Shown: positions 24,855-25,769 of the stretch, piece by piece
Layout: the number at the start of each line of letters is the position of its first letter
How positions within the stretch are numbered: the stretch's first letter is position 1
Made by a program: the position numbers and the translations under genes
The notes under the pieces: model-generated
What the model saw: only the letters and a program-made list of their open reading frames with translations
Databases searched by the model: none
What the model was told of the DNA's origin: nothing
Source: a virus
Taxonomy: Duplodnaviria > Caudoviricetes
IMG/VR virus record: IMGVR_UViG_3300018079_000036
Location: 1-25,769 of that record
Reading direction: 5' to 3' (one strand)
Length of the DNA stretch: 25,769 nt

Positions 24855-25742
24855 CTAGCGACGACGCGAACGGTGGAACGTTGGATTGAAGTCGGAGAGA
24901 TCTTCGTCATCCTCGTTTTCATCATCCGGCCACTCGTCTGCAACCAGCACTGTCAGGGTCTTGCCATAGCGACCGAGACCAACGACGTCCTCAGTCATTT
25001 CGACGTCAGGTCCACCTCCGAACCAATCGTGCAAGTTGCAGGTTCCCTCCACCTTCTCAGCGCGCTCAATCTTCTCTGAGTCGCGATTGAAAACTGCGGT
25101 GGTGGTGTGCTCAGGAACAATCTCACCTTTGCGAATCCAGGTCAGATCCCGTGCCTCCCTGAGAGCATTAGACATGAAGCAGTAGCGGACTTTTTGGCCC
25201 TCGCTGACGATTACCGCCGCAGCCTGATCTGTGTTCTCGGCGTAGCGAATGGCAGTAGCCTCGAGCGACGTGGCAAATTGAGTAGACAATCTCTCTACTG
25301 CCGTGAATCCACTACCGGCACGAACCAGAGCATCCTTGAAGAGAGGATTGGGCATCAACAGACCAGCGGCGAAATGGTCTGCCTCCATTTCGAACTTGTC
25401 GCCTGAGCCAAACCCAGCCTGCGACTCATGCGTTCCGGTTTTGCTGAGAAGCTTCTCGAAGTGCCCATCCAAAAAGTAATGGCCCAACTCGTGCGCAATG
25501 CTGAATCGTTGGAAGCCCACGTTGTCGATGTTGGTTGCGTATGCGATACCGTAGTTGTCCCCCGCGCGCTGAAGCATTCCTGAGACACCCTTGATTGAGG
25601 CGGGCATCGCCTGGACTTCGATCGCGTGATTTCTGGCGATGCTCTCCACATCGATCGGCAGAGTATTCATGCCCCAATCTCGAACCAATTTCTCAGCTCG
25701 GTGCGTGGCCCACGTGTAGGGAGAAGGAGAAGAGGGAGTCAC
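24855..25742 (-). CDS. ImmA/IrrE-family metallo-endopeptidase (CapP-like architecture)
   Basis: RFSIAHELGH (HExxH), EMEADHFAAGLLMP, FATSLEATAIR HTH, then a C-terminal alpha/beta domain. GTG 25742 chosen because GAGGAG precedes it. Confidence 0.93.
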   Translation of the reverse strand: MTPSSPSPYTWATHRAEKLVRDWGMNTLPIDVESIARNHAIEVQAMPASIKGVSGMLQRAGDNYGIAYATNIDNVGFQRFSIAHELGHYFLDGHFEKLLSKTGTHESQAGFGSGDKFEMEADHFAAGLLMPNPLFKDALVRAGSGFTAVERLSTQFATSLEATAIRYAENTDQAAAVIVSEGQKVRYCFMSNALREARDLTWIRKGEIVPEHTTTAVFNRDSEKIERAEKVEGTCNLHDWFGGGPDVEMTEDVVGLGRYGKTLTVLVADEWPDDENEDDEDLSDFNPTFHRSRRR

Positions 25743-25769
25743 GCGGCTACTCCTCTCACCGAGTTTCAC

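Noticed and set aside
1-25769. tRNA/rRNA genes, DGR, retron, IS elements
   Set aside because: No cloverleaf, reverse transcriptase, long TR/VR repeat pair or transposase motif recognised by eye.

Overview
Most of the window (1-19.3 kb, minus strand) is an HK97-like siphovirus prophage. The order is NUMOD4 protein, HTH replication protein with internal iterons, DNA methyltransferase, small ORF, candidate cos, terS, terL, an extended portal (portal+MuF-like), prohead protease, major capsid, neck and tail genes, G/GT chaperones, tape measure, Dit-like gene, and a >957-aa tail tip protein with a LamG-like domain. That last ORF runs off the left edge and is missing from the ORF track. A plus-strand HEPN (AbiU2-like) gene is inserted next to the packaging region. 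From 19.6 kb there is a plus-strand defence-like cluster: TIR-wHTH, a divergent HEPN-like protein, a frameshifted small gene, an atypical class III nucleotide cyclase, an N4-C methyltransferase with a putative type II REase, and a small winged-helix protein. The cluster converges on an ImmA/IrrE metallopeptidase. The best candidates for something new are the TIR/HEPN/cyclase cluster and two structured non-coding leaders (upstream of the replication gene and of the capsid gene). No integrase, repressor, lysis or HNH gene is visible. All family calls come from motif recognition by eye, not from database searches.
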